Positions 18,480-31,480 of a stretch of DNA of 64,000 nucleotides are shown here, piece after piece. Position numbers and translations under genes: made by a program. Origin of the DNA: Azolla caroliniana (taxonomy: Eukaryota > Plantae > Polypodiophyta); NCBI GenBank assembly GCA_043228905.1, contig JBHGNT010000004.1, positions 10,602,001 to 10,666,000 of the forward strand, given 5' to 3'. How positions within the stretch are numbered: the first letter of the stretch is position 1; every line of letters starts with the position of its first letter. The notes beneath the pieces were generated by a model. It did no database searches. It had not been told where the DNA came from and saw only the letters and a program-made list of their open reading frames with translations.

Positions 18480-21459
18480 ATGCAGAAGAATTCATATAGC
18501 AACAAAAATTCAATGGAGACATTGACCTTATGCCTTTCATCATCCAAACGAGATCAAGGCCAAGAGGTTCAGGAAGCAGCAAGGCTGGGTCTCGAGAGTG
18601 CACATCGACTTGTATATATGATCTCACAACAACAAGAGCATCAATACTTATCAGAAGATAGTAGACTTACTGCCAATGAAGTCATCTCTAAATTCAAGAA
18701 AGTTGTGGGTCTATTAAGCCGCAAAGGCCATGGAATAGTCAAGAGAGGTCCAATGAAACCAAATGGATTACCATCTGAAAGTCTTGAGGATAGATTCGTA
18801 GGAAACCTTCATTGCCGATCAGATTCTATCAATGCAGCTCATGATTCAGGTTCTTCAGGTAACAAGATGGCAAGCATGCGAAACATAGGTCTCGAGAATG
18901 GGTTTGTGCAGAGTATGAATGACCAGTTTGATTCAATTAATCCTCCTCATGATTCAGTTTCTTTGGACAATAGGGGTATTACACCTAATGTAGGGCTCGA
19001 TGACGAGTTGTCAAGAGGTATTAACGGACGGTTTGGTTTGGTCAATGCACCTCACAGCTTGGTTACTTTGGATAACAAGGTTTTCACAAGAACTGCAGGT
19101 CTCAATGATGGATTCACAAGAGTTGTCTGTGGCCGTTTTGATTCAACCAATGCACCTCATGATTCAGCTTCTTCAGACAATAAGAGGGTGTTTATACCTA
19201 ATGTTGGTCTGGAAGATGGACTCACAGGAGGTATCAATGGCCGATTTGATTCAACCAATGCACCTCATGACTCGGTTTCTTTGGATAATAAAAGGGTGTT
19301 CACACGAAAAGTAGGTCTGGCGGATGGGTTGACTAGAGGTATTAATGGACAACTTGATATGACAAATGCACTTAATGGCTCAGTTTCTGCAGATCAGATG
19401 GTGTACAAGCCTAATATAGACCAATCTATGCTGACTCCATTGTCAGGCGGAGGCATGGATGCCTTAATAAAGTATCACACACAATTGCTTAGACATCAGT
19501 TAATGCTATCTCAACAACCGACCATATATCCCTCTCAGACACCGGGTGATGTTGTAATGCCTCCATATTTTGCTATGGAGAACTCGGTGGCATGTAGTCC
19601 ACTTTCTTCAGCAAGGTCATTCTTGTCTTCTCTCAGCATGGATGGCAGCATATCAACCGATCACCAGCTTCTTCATCAATCGTGCAGTCAGTTGCGAGAA
19701 AGAAAAGTCACTCCCTCAAAGAGTAAATGTTTTGGTAAGGGAGATGAAAATGGAGGGAAATGCTCGATGAGTGGACGATGCCGTTGCTCTAAGAGGAAGT
19801 AAGGATTTTTAAAATGAGATAATGGCTAGAAGGTGCCACTTTGTGAGTAATTACTTATATAGACTTTGTTATGTTTTGGGACATTGAGATTTTTCAATCT
19901 TTCTTTAGGAAATCGAGAGTGAAACACATTATAAAAGTTCCGGCTATCAGCAACAAATTGGCTGATATTCCACAAGATGACTTCTCCTGGAGGAAGTATG
20001 GGCAGAAGCCGATCAAAGGGTCTCCACATCCAAGGTACTTTTTTGCTGTTTAACTTTGTCCTTTATATGCAATGTGTATTTTCTGACCTAGAAAGGGTGT
20101 CCATGTCCACGGTACTTTGTTGTTGTTTAAGTTTGTCCGTTGTGTAATGTGTATTTGTGACCTAGAAAGCTGTTTTTTGCAATGCATTGCCCCACCATCG
20201 AGTCTTAGAGAAGCGTCATGCCTCATTCAGTAGCTGCAAATGTCAAAGGTTTGGCACAATATAAAAAGGATTTATATTGAAGTTTCTGTCTTTGTAATGT
20301 GTATACCTGTCAACTAAGTAGTTTTGTTGTTCTTTTATCCTTCATATTACTTCTTCTTTGCAACAGTCATTTTTTAAGAGTCCATATATCTGACAATGTT
20401 GCATTATCAAAGCTTTGATGTGATCTATAGACTCGCAAGATGTTTTTCAGAAGCGAGCATATATATTTTCCTCAATAGTTGCATTATTGAAGCTTTGGTT
20501 GATGTGTTGTATATTGCAAATTGTTTTGTTATGTTCTTTTATCTGCCTATGCACTTTTATTTTACATCAATGTTTTCAAACTTTTGAGTGTCCAAAATTG
20601 CTAGTCACATTCACATTGAGATTATTTCGCTTGTTTAGAAACTACGCATGCCTACTCTACTTGCTTCCTATGGTACATGACTTAAGTTTGATATTTCTCT
20701 TGTTGAACAATCACACACCCCTAGTTCCTGCTTCCAATTATATGTGCCTACTGTGCTTGCTTCCTATGGTACATGACTTCTGGTTTGAGATTTAGCTAGT
20801 TGGCAAATTGTGTATGCCTACTTTTGTTTCTTAGACTTTTTGTCTGAGATATCACTTGTTTGATAGTCATCATGTGACCAGTCCTTGCAATTTCATTTGG
20901 GATTTGAGATTTCGATTCTCCTAATATCGTGCATGCCAACATTATAAGTAGCGAATTAGTAATTCGTCTCATAAATACCAGTTGTGCTAAAGCTGGGCCA
21001 TTTGAATATCCACTTTTTGACACAATGCAACGGACGGATGAGACATGGTCATGGTTGCAACTTGCAAAAATACAAAAGAGATGGTTGGTAATGGCATTTG
21101 AAGAGATGGGCCATTTGAAGAGATGGAATGGGCAGAGAGAGAAGAGAGAGAGAGTGATGGATGGGGAAGACATGGGATGGGGTGTATAGAAAAGTTGTAT
21201 GCAATTTGTCAGCAATTGAAAATTTGAACCAAAAAGTCATGTACCATAGGAAGGTTTTGGGGTTTACCTAGACCCTATATTGAAGCTTTGTTTTTACAGG
21301 GGTTACTACAAATGCAGCAGCATCCGTGGTTGCCCAGCAAGAAAGCATGTGGAACGTTCATTAGACGAGCCAACCATGTTGATTGTTACATATGAAGGTG
21401 AGCACAACCATCCTCGAATCGTGCCAGGCGGTGGAGGATTAGTGGTTCATCCTCCTTGA
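18480..21459 (+). CDS. WRKY: Group IId WRKY transcription factor; exons 18480-19798, 19909-20034, 21300-21459
   Basis: VQEAA..GLES, CaM-binding-like [11 protein letters not shown], zinc cluster [26 protein letters not shown]|GYYKC..C..HNH. GT-AG junctions keep frame, and the conserved PR intron is present. Confidence 0.95.
18783..19424 (+). repeat. Six in-frame 105-108 bp (35-36 aa) repeats in WRKY exon 1
   Basis: Consensus [36 protein letters not shown]. Confidence 0.92.
20760..21253. mobile_element. MITE-like fold-back element in WRKY intron
   Basis: Terminal inverted repeat CTTCCTATGGTACATGACTT / AAGTCATGTACCATAGGAAG, with imperfect pairing over about 60 bp. An extra TIR copy lies at 20664. 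Confidence 0.65.
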
Positions 21460-24400
21460 CTTGCATTCATACCTAGGTAGGATTTTAAAATATAGAGTCA
21501 GATACTCGATAGACGCTTTCGACTAAGGATCCTGATTCTCTTCTGAGGCTTGAGATGCTTCTTTCATATCAAATTATTATCATTCTCATTGCTGGATATC
21601 TCTTATTGTTGATATATTCTCGTGATCAAGAAAAAAAGAAGCTTACACATACACAATATTACTTAAATGACCATCTTGCCTTTACCTCACAGTGCCATCC
21701 ATTGTACTACTGCAAGAAGATTCTAAAGAATTGGGCACATTATTATGAAAATCTCTCTCTCTCTCTGTCTCTCTCTCTGTCTCTCTCTCTTATGACAATT
21801 TTCCTTTTGGTCTTGAGGATCAGAAACTATCAGTGATTCATCTCTCCCCAAGACTTGCATTCATTCCTAGGTTGGTTGTGTGGGCTAGGATACTCGAATG
21901 CCATCCCCTTTGTACTAAGAGTCATGATTTCTTTTGAGAGGTTTGAGATGCTTCCTTCATATCAAAGTAGCAGAAATCTATTTCTACCTGTTCAGTTGGG
22001 TGAGTGTTGTTGTTACATTCCACTGGAATTGCAGTATTAGTTGCTTTGTGGCTTGGTTTTTTAGCACTACTTCCGTTAATGGCTTATAATTGTCTATGAT
22101 GGATCTAAAGGTATATTGGACTAGCCACAATTGAAATTGAAGTAGCTCTTCCAACCATTCATCTGAAGTCTGTTTCATTTTTTCCCCAATTGAAGTTTTC
22201 GTCTTCTTTGAATTATGATACATCAAGATTGTCTGAACTGCATTGATTGAGCAGGAACAGAAGCAATGTTTGTGTATGCTTGTATATCGCTATAAAAATG
22301 CTGATATACACTTGTTTTACACATCAAGATTACAGTTTTGAAACTATAGGTTTACTCATTCCATCAAGTTGAATTTGGAGTGTGCATACTATCACATTGA
22401 AGTGCAAAAAATTGCTTATCCTGTTCACATCATTCCTTACGACAATCACAAAAGATGGAGGTACTGCTGTGAATCATTTGAACATTGATGGATGAGTTTG
22501 GTGATATCAAGGCACTTACAGATAGCCTCATAACCTAGGGCTCTAGCAAATTTTGCCTTCTGTCTTCGGTGGTCTAGTGCAGTGTGCTTTTAAGTATTAC
22601 TCGAGATTTTTCAAATTAGTTTGTTGTTGACAGGTAAATTCTTATTTTTGTCTTGTAATCTTGGTAAGGATCCATATGCCCCTTTTGGCGTTTCAAGACA
22701 GATGGGGTGGGTTATAAGTTCAGGATAGATAAAAGAGTTTGATGAGTATATAGGTTGACCTCTTGTCTTGAGCTAAGACTTTCGGTCAAGCATGCAAACA
22801 AAGATCGATCCTCCACTTGCCCCTATGTACCTACTTGCGCATGCAGTTATAAAATGAATGACAACCATGCGTAGCATAATAGATTTAACTTGAGCGAGAA
22901 GCACATCATTTGGAAGCTATCCCATCAGTTGCAGTAACAAAACACCATAAAATGGAGTCAAACTTGAACAAAATTAATTCTAGCAACAATTTCTGAAATT
23001 TAGTGAAAATAGTTAATAAATATCCATGAACATTGATGGAAATTGTGAAGAGTTCGTAGTCTACATAATTTGAACATTCCAGGAAAGGACATACAAGGGT
23101 TGGATGATGTAAAACCGCAAAGTAAATGATAAAAAATTGGAACATTGATATGGCATTGATTTGTGTGATATTTGCAAAATCACAACATATTTGTGAAACC
23201 TACACTTCATGTTCTTTGGGATAGATCCCAACAATTATTGTTTAGGCTGAGCAAAATATAAATTGCACTTATGAGTAGGTGATGAAAGATGGGGCCATGA
23301 CTATAGGAATAGGAACTCATCATGTATGAATAATCATGAATGGGCACATCACCAACACCATCCACAAATTAGAATGTCGATGACTCTTTAAGTGGAGTGT
23401 TGAGAAATTAGATTTCATTTTACATGAATTAAATGGCCACCTACCTAACCTTTAATGTCCTTTTGATCCATGGCAAATGATATACTTGCCACAAAGATGC
23501 CAAATCCACTTCATTGATGATCTATACATATCTTGTCAAAAACATTTCACAAATATTATGGACACACAAATGTCATGTACCTATTCTTTTCAATGATCCT
23601 ACAATCATGATGCATATTTGTTTTCATTTAGCGAAGAACTAATATTATGATATGAATCAAGGAAGAAAGTAAAGATGCCATCTTTATAAATACTATCTAT
23701 ACCACATCGTTCACTCATTACAATGTCTTAAGTATGTCATATTTATATGGTTTAAGTATTTTAGACACACCAAGATAATGGCCCCTATTGAGTATGATAT
23801 TAAATATGTCTATTATGAATAGAATACAAACGATAACCAATGAGTGTTAAGATTAAGAAAAGAATGGTTGAATGTTCAACTACACTGACCACTCAAGAGA
23901 TGAACATCTAATACTTACTATTGACACCCCATACCTTGAGTGAGGGTTATACCTTGGAAGTTGAAATGAATGGTTTCGAAAGAAGATTTTGCTTCAACAA
24001 TAGAGTCTCAAGATTTCATAATGAAGGGGGCTAATCTAACTCCATAGGCTCCTAGAATACCACCATGTACATCCATGCGCCATAGGTCTTTATGGCTTTG
24101 TCCTAAGTCCTAGGGTAACTGGTTTCCACTTGTCCTACCCTTAATAAACCTTTGAAATTAGTCTTTAGAATTGGTTCCTAAGGTTATGTTTGTAATATAT
24201 TATATGTTCCTTGCACATCACAATTGGAATATTGTATTTAAGAATTCAAAGATCTAAGACTGTGCACCTTCTCCCAACTAGTACCATACAAAGTTTGATC
24301 TAGCCATTTGATTTTGAATTCTAGGATTGATGATCAAGTTCCTTTTTATCGGAATAAGGATTAGAACATAAATAGAGATGAGTTACTAGACATTTAATGG

Positions 24401-24833
24401 TCATTGGTGACCATGTTGTGGTTATAACTAAGAAGTTTATTTCATGTGACAAACATAAGAAACAAAAAGAATGCTCGCTGCTTAAATGGTTACCTATTGT
24501 GGCTAGAACTAACAAGTTCATTTCAAGTGACTAACATGAAAAGCAAGAAGAACAACGTCAACATTATCAAGAAGATAAATAAAAGTGACCTTTAACAAAG
24601 TAGCTGAGTTTTTATTATTGTCGAAAAAGTAAGGCATAGAAATATGAAGAAAAGGATATTACCTCAAAAGTCATTCTCTCATTGGTTATGCATTTGCAAA
24701 GAAGTATAGCCAATCTTAGGAAATGAGAATATCCAATAGCTACTACACATAAAAAAATGACGTGATGAATCGAATCGAACGAGCGTGATGAAAGAGATTT
24801 GGCTAGGAGCAAAACCAATCCAAACCCAAGCCC

Positions 24834-25279
24834 TCAGTCGTCATCTTCATGCTCCTCATTGATAGCTTCGGATGCGACTTCCTCATAGTCCTTCTCGAGC
24901 GCGGCGAGGTCTTCGCGAGCCTCGGAGAACTCACCTTCCTCCATGCCTTCGCCAACGTACCAGTGGACGAATGCGCGCTTGGCGTACATGAGGTCGAACT
25001 TGTGGTCGATTCGGGAGAAGACCTCAGAGACGGCGGTGTTGTTGCTGATCATGCAGATGGCACGCTGGACTTTGGCAAGGTCGGCTCCGGGGACAACCGA
25101 GGGGGGTTGGTAATTGATTCCACACTTGAAGCCAGTTGGGCACCTATATATATATATATATATATATCAACTTATTAGTTAGTATCATGAACCAACAACA
25201 TACATACATACATACATACATACTGATACTGATACTGATACATATATATATAGTGATATACATGTTGTACATACATACA

Positions 25280-25315
<36 letters not shown>

Positions 25316-25946
25316 TATACATACTGATACTGATACTGATACTGATACATAATATATACTGATTGATATACGTACATGTTGTTGGTACATACATAGATGT
25401 ATACATATATATGTATGTGGCATACCAGTCGACGAATTGGATGGTGCGCTTGGTCTTGATGATACCGATGGCTGCATTCACGTCCTTGGGGGTGACGTCG
25501 CCCCTGTACATGAGGCAGCAGGCCATGTATTTGCCGCGCCTGGGGTCGCACTTGGCCATCATGTTGGACGGCTCGAAGACGGAGTTGGTGATCTCGGGCA
25601 CCGAGTGCTGCTCGTGGTACGCCTTCTGCGCCGATATGACGGGCGCGTAGGAGGAGAGCATGAAGTGGATGCGCGGGTACGGCACCAGGTTCGTCTGGAA
25701 CTCCGTCACGTCCACGTTCAGCGCCCCCTCGAAGCGCAGCGACGTGGTGAGCGACGATATGATCTGCGATATCAGCCGGTTCAAGTTGGTGTACGTCGGC
25801 CGCTCGATGTCCAGGGAGCGCCGGCAGATGTCGTAGATCGCCTCGTTGTCCAGCAGCACCGCCACGTCCGTGTGCTCCAGCAGCGAGTGCGTCGACAGCA
25901 CGCTGTTGTACGGCTCCACCACCGCCGTCGACACCTAACCCCATGA

Positions 25947-25977
<31 letters not shown>

Positions 25978-25985
25978 TCATATCT

Positions 25986-26017
<32 letters not shown>

Positions 26018-27479
26018 ATGTACATACATGTACTATCCGTATGTATGTCTTCTATGCCTGTGTATTCATTTCATGCATCAATCTCAGTATGTACATTCTC
26101 TTAGTTTTGTCTCACAAATCCAATCCAATCCAATCCAATCCAATCCAATCCATTCCATCCTACCATCCTACCTACCTGCGGGGATGGATAAATCGTGAAC
26201 CCCAGCTTCGATTTCTTCCCGTAATCCACCGACAGCCGCTCCAGTAGCAGCGATCCTAGCCCAGATCCAGTCCCACCCCCCACCGCATTGAACACCAGGA
26301 ATCCCTGCAGACCCGTACAATTGTCCGACAGCTTCCTCACCCGATCTAGACACACGTCCACGATTTCCTTGCCCACTGCATCCATCATATGAGAATTGCA
26401 GGTATTGAGACAACATTAGAATTGAATGGATTTTCTGCTGCTTTCTTTTACCTGTGTAATGACCCCGGGCAAAGTTGTTTGCGGCATCCTCCTTTCCAGA
26501 GATGAGCTGCTCCGGGTGGAAGAGCTGGCGATAGGTGCCTGTGCGCACCTCATCGATGACTGTGGGCTCTAGGTCGACGAATATGGCGCGTGGCACATGC
26601 TTCCCTGCACCTGTCTCGCTGAAGAACGTGTTGAATGCGTCCGTCGCAACCCCTACCGTCTTGTCACTAAATTCAATACATAAATCCAACACCCAACCCA
26701 CCAAAAAACACCAAAGAAGGAAACAATTTAATTAATTGTGAATAGATTTACACAAGGTAACTTACTGGTCATGACACACCAAATCCTTTATTTTGTATGA
26801 TCAATCAGGTGGAGCTCTTCCTAGCTACTATGAACATGGGGCACATTCCATTCCATAATTATCCAGGAGAAAGAAAATGATGGTGATGCACACATACTGC
26901 GTGAATGACCTGTCATTGCCATGATACATATGTGGTTTCCTGCAGGCAGGAAGGCACCCCAGCCCATTCCCACTTGGGAATTCCAATTGGCATCCCCCTT
27001 AGCTAGCTGATCTTCTTATTCCTAAACTTGAATATTGGTGGCAAATTTTGATGGTTTAAACTAGTGCATTATTTAAAATGAGTCTAGCTTTTCAGAGTTT
27101 AAATCATATGGGCTGTTCTAATCATATTTGATCAATCTTGGTGGCAGCCTCGGAACATGAAAGGTAACTAGATACATACATATAGTCGCAAAATTATGCC
27201 AAGGAGTGGGTAGTGGGAGAAAAAAGTAGCCCCAGTAAATAATATTGATGCGCATATTTATACATTCATTTAAGCTCTCTGAAGAAGACCACACATATTG
27301 TTTACTGCTTGCTAAAATCATTTAAAAAACCCTATATCAGTTACTTATCTTTAATAATAATTCTCTAGATAGAGCTTTTCAAATTATTATGGAATCTGAT
27401 GACTCTGAACGATCTACAGCTACTGGGAGGACTCTTCAACTCTGATGCAATTTATTGTACAACATACATACAAGCATTG

Positions 27480-27513
<34 letters not shown>

Positions 27514-27712
27514 GGGATGGATCAGATGATAAATCCCGGGACTGGAATGTGTGAATGAATGGATTAATGGATGCGTGATTAAGAGTAGGCGGTAATTACC
27601 TGGGCATGTTGCCATCCGGGAGGATGCCATGCTCCAGACAGTAGAGCTCCCAGCACGCGTTCCCCACCTGAATGCCCGCCTGCCCAATGTGAATGCTGAT
27701 CACCTCTCTCAT
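24834..27712 (-). CDS. TUA: Alpha-tubulin, 448 aa; exons 27712-27600, 26666-26452, 26375-26176, 25934-25426, 25143-24834
   Basis: [52 protein letters not shown]. Exons of 113/215/200/509/310 nt with GT-AG introns join in frame. Confidence 0.97.
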
Positions 27713-28021
27713 CCTTGATACTCAAATCAATGGATTAATTTGGTCCCCCCCCTTCTAGCAGCGTTAATCGATTAGAGAGCTTTAATCCACAGTTGCAGAT
27801 CCAGAGAGGGAGAGGGAGAAGGAGATGGATCTCGATTGGTTATAATCGATGTGGGAGGAGGGGGGGGGGGGGGGGGCTACAAAGAAGAAGAAGAAGAAGA
27901 AGAAGAAGAAGAAGAAGAAGAAGAGAGCTGTGATGACCTGTCATATGATCCCATGATTTTTCCATCTCAACACTTTTAGATTCTCTTCTTTTCTTCTACC
28001 CCACCACGTCTTCCCCACCCC

Positions 28022-28067
<46 letters not shown>

Positions 28068-28879
28068 CCCCATCCCCTCCAATTCCATCGCCATTACCAG
28101 CCCCGTTTCTTCTGTAAATAAATTTGGCAAGTGGCAACCATGACCGATCCTCCCCCCTGCCTTCTTCTCTCCCATCTGCAATTTATCCCTCCAACTTAAT
28201 TTAATGCATCGCATTCGCATTGTGGGAAGAAGTGGATGTGGGAATTGGCCCAGCTGAAGTTAGCAGAAACTGACCTATTATTCACCACTATTTTGGAGAC
28301 GACGACGAAGAACAGAAATTCATTTCCTCTTCTTCTTGCTGCTGCTAATACTACTCCAGAGTTCACACAAACAACTTTTTAATACATTTTTGCAGACGCG
28401 CGCGCGCGCACACACACACACACAAAGACAGCGCTTTCCAAGCACAAGTATTTAATATGCACACACATTTACACATCTGAGCAAACAAACATTACAAAAA
28501 CATATTCATTCATTCGAGAGTACAAGAAACATATGCACCATCAATCACAACTTAATAAGGCAATCGGTTGCATCCACAAACTCATATTTGTCAATCCCTG
28601 ATCTAGTGCAGAATCCAGATCCAAGAAAGGCTATCAATCAATACCTCCAAGTCTGGACACTATTGGCGTGCGCGTGCGTACACACACACACACACACACA
28701 CACATGTCAACTCACGTAAACTTCCCCACAAACCGTCATCCACAACACCATTTTCTTGACACCCGACACGAACATCGCTAGGGGATGATGGGAACAATAA
28801 ACGAACAGTTTGCATCAATGCTAGCAAGAATGATGACGCAAGTACAAAAGAAAGGGAAGATGCGAAGATCCCACAACAT

Positions 28880-29300
28880 GTCGTCATTGTAGACCGAGCT
28901 TGAAGGTGAAAATATCTCGATTTTCTTTAACACACACACACACACTAATGAGATGTTTCAACAAGGTATAAGTGATTCAAGGAAATTGAAATTGTTCAAA
29001 GGGATGGTTTGTATACCATTGCATGAAGAATTGTAAAACTTGAACACGCTCATACTTCTTGGGGTTCCCTTGAGCAAGCATTACTAGAAGAATTTGAAGA
29101 TGAATTTAGAGACCATGGGATCAAGCCATTACGAGGTTGACAAGTGGATTGAATGGAGCATCACATTGATGATACATACTCCTTGAGTTCCGCCATCATT
29201 TTACACAAACTTGCAAGCAAGGATCAAATATTGGTGGGGGTGAAATTATAATGTTATTTTTACTTCCAAGTCAATTGAATAAGATGATAGATTGATGCCA
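28880..29300 (+). pseudogene. Highly decayed gag remnant related to the 57451 gag
   Basis: Reads ..KLEHAHTSWGSLEQALLEEF.., versus ELREAHESWVSFEGAL at about 57720. Confidence 0.55.
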
Positions 29301-30121
29301 GTATTTAGCTAGAAGATGACAATGAGGCAAATGGACAAATCATAGAATATAACATCACTTTGAGAGATCAAAGAAGAAGACGTGGGACATGCCTCAAGTC
29401 TCTCAAATATGAACAAAATAAGGTCCAAAAGAACTTGGGAATGACGTGGCCCATAAAAAAGCTCACGTGCTACATGAAGAGAAGACCAAGAGAGAAGGGA
29501 GTGGCATAAACTACCTTCTAATCATATGAGTAGAAAGTGGCTGAAGGCAAGGCTAAATAAGTGAAAAAGGATGAACATAAGTGTTTATGTGCATAACCAT
29601 AACTGATCATGAGATAGGTTTTCCATAGTTTTTTGTAATCTTATGATGAGTACGTGCGGGTTAATTATGAAAGGAACAAGGGCATGAATTGTAATATTCA
29701 ATTCCACGGTGTGGTATAACTACTAAGTATGTTATCACTTAGGGTTTCTTCCTATATAAAGGAGGCTAGTTACCTTCTTATCAAGGCATGCTCAAGTTAT
29801 GTTGAGACTATCACATTGTGGCTATGGCGCTTGTTAGCTAAGTATGTCCCATCCTCGCAGGACCGAAGGTATGAGCCACATCAACCCTCAATGGTATGGG
29901 ACATCGAGGAGGTTTGGGTTCGTCTCATGTCGTTGCTAGGGGGTGGTTGGGTGGTTTGGCACCCCTCTTTTCTTTCTTTGGTCCATATTTCCTTATGTTT
30001 TGCTTAATTAATTAGTTAGACTCTAACAATAAGTTCCTTAGGAATGGTTTGAATAATATGATGAACTACATCCTAAAAGCTTTGTGCCTATGCTGCATGT
30101 AAATAATTACCTGTGTAATTA

Positions 30122-30921
30122 TGTTAAGCGGAATAGATTAGCGATGTGTGTGTGTAAAAGAGGAGAGAGGAGAGACACAATCTATAGATAGGAAAATAGA
30201 ATACTCAAGATGTATACTAACAAGAAGTAGAGAATAACTAAACAGAAATAACAACCACTACAAGGGAGATAAAACCAACAACTACAAGGCAAGAGGATGT
30301 TGCTTTATATAAGGTCACCCTCTCACTAAAATACTCACTCTTTCTCTAGAATCTTGGGGAGTGGGTAATATTATTAACTATGTGTTATAGAGTGTAACTC
30401 CTATGACACATTAGTTATGTTACAAGACTCATTAACTATGTGACATAGAATGTAACTTCTATGACACATTAATTATATTACATAGTGGAGGTGGCATGTC
30501 CACACACTTGTAGTCTTAGGATGTGTTCACACCAAGGGGAGTTGAGTTTGATTCTCAACATGCCCCTTTACGCTCAACTCCCGGTCGCTGGAAAGTTGGC
30601 TTTCATCTTGCTGGTATCTTGGTCCAACTTTGATAGTCTCCAACTCCGGCTTTGGTTGTGAAGTCGGCTCGCTCTGCTTCCTCCTTTGTTTGTTCGGCTT
30701 CATGTCTGGATTTTGTTCGTTCCTGGCTTGAGGATGTTCGACTTTGATGGCCGGCTCACTTCCCCTCAAGCAAGTCGGAGGTCAAAAGACCAAGATCCGA
30801 CATGAATTACCAAAGCTTGTTGGGAAGATGTTGGCCGGCTCCCAGGGCTTTTGGGAAGATGTTGGCTATCTGAAGGTTTGTGCCGATATGTTGCAGGTCG
30901 ACATCTCCAACCACGACACGT
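30122..30921 (-). mobile_element. Copia 3' fragment: RNase H end, PPT and 3' LTR (30122-30560)
   Basis: Minus strand AGDVDLQHIGTNLQIANIFPKALGA matches the end of ORF 49448. The LTR begins TGTTGAGAATCAAACTCAAC, like the 51542 LTR. Confidence 0.8.
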
Positions 30922-31480
30922 TGTCATGAAGAATTCCTGCGATAGAGAGAAAATATACCGAGGAAGGAGAAAAAGGAGTGTGCACACACAAAAAGGGAAT
31001 TTGTATATAAACATTAGGCAAAGTAAAGGGTTGTTAGAGAAGTACTTTAGGAATATTTTAGTGTGTACTTATTTTCCCACAAAAAGAGGGGAATTATGGG
31101 TAGATGAGGGGAGGAGATCATGGGGAGGATTGTTGACAAGAAAAGGATTGTCATAACAACCGGATAGGATGTTGACCCTCCCTCTCCTTGAAACCTATAA
31201 AAGGAAGGGAAGGTGTTTGTCATAATAGCCGGATGGGATGGTCATTTTGGTATTCGAAGGGAAGGAAGGGTCTTTGTTTTCTATTCTGTGATTCGTGTGA
31301 GGCCTCCACTCACAGTACTGAGCCCATGTGCTCCCGACCGGAGGCTCACCGTCGTGTATCTATAGGAAGTGTCTATCTGCCGGCCTTGGGCCATTCTTGT
31401 ATCTACTTCCTCTTGTTAATCGGAATCGTTGCCATCTATTGTACTATGGGTATATTGAGCTTCACTGTCTTTTACATTTT
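30922..31480 (+). mobile_element. Probable LTR fragment of another family
   Basis: Starts TGTCATGA exactly where the Copia fragment breaks; CCTATAAAAGG TATA motif. The 3' end and TSD are not resolved. Confidence 0.4.

Noticed and set aside
22000-24800. Intergenic region between WRKY and tubulin
   Set aside because: AT-rich, with no supportable ORF, RNA gene or bounded repeat seen by eye.
25144-25946. Long alternative-frame ORFs over tubulin exon 4 (266 aa, 169 aa)
   Set aside because: Shadow ORFs caused by very high GC3.
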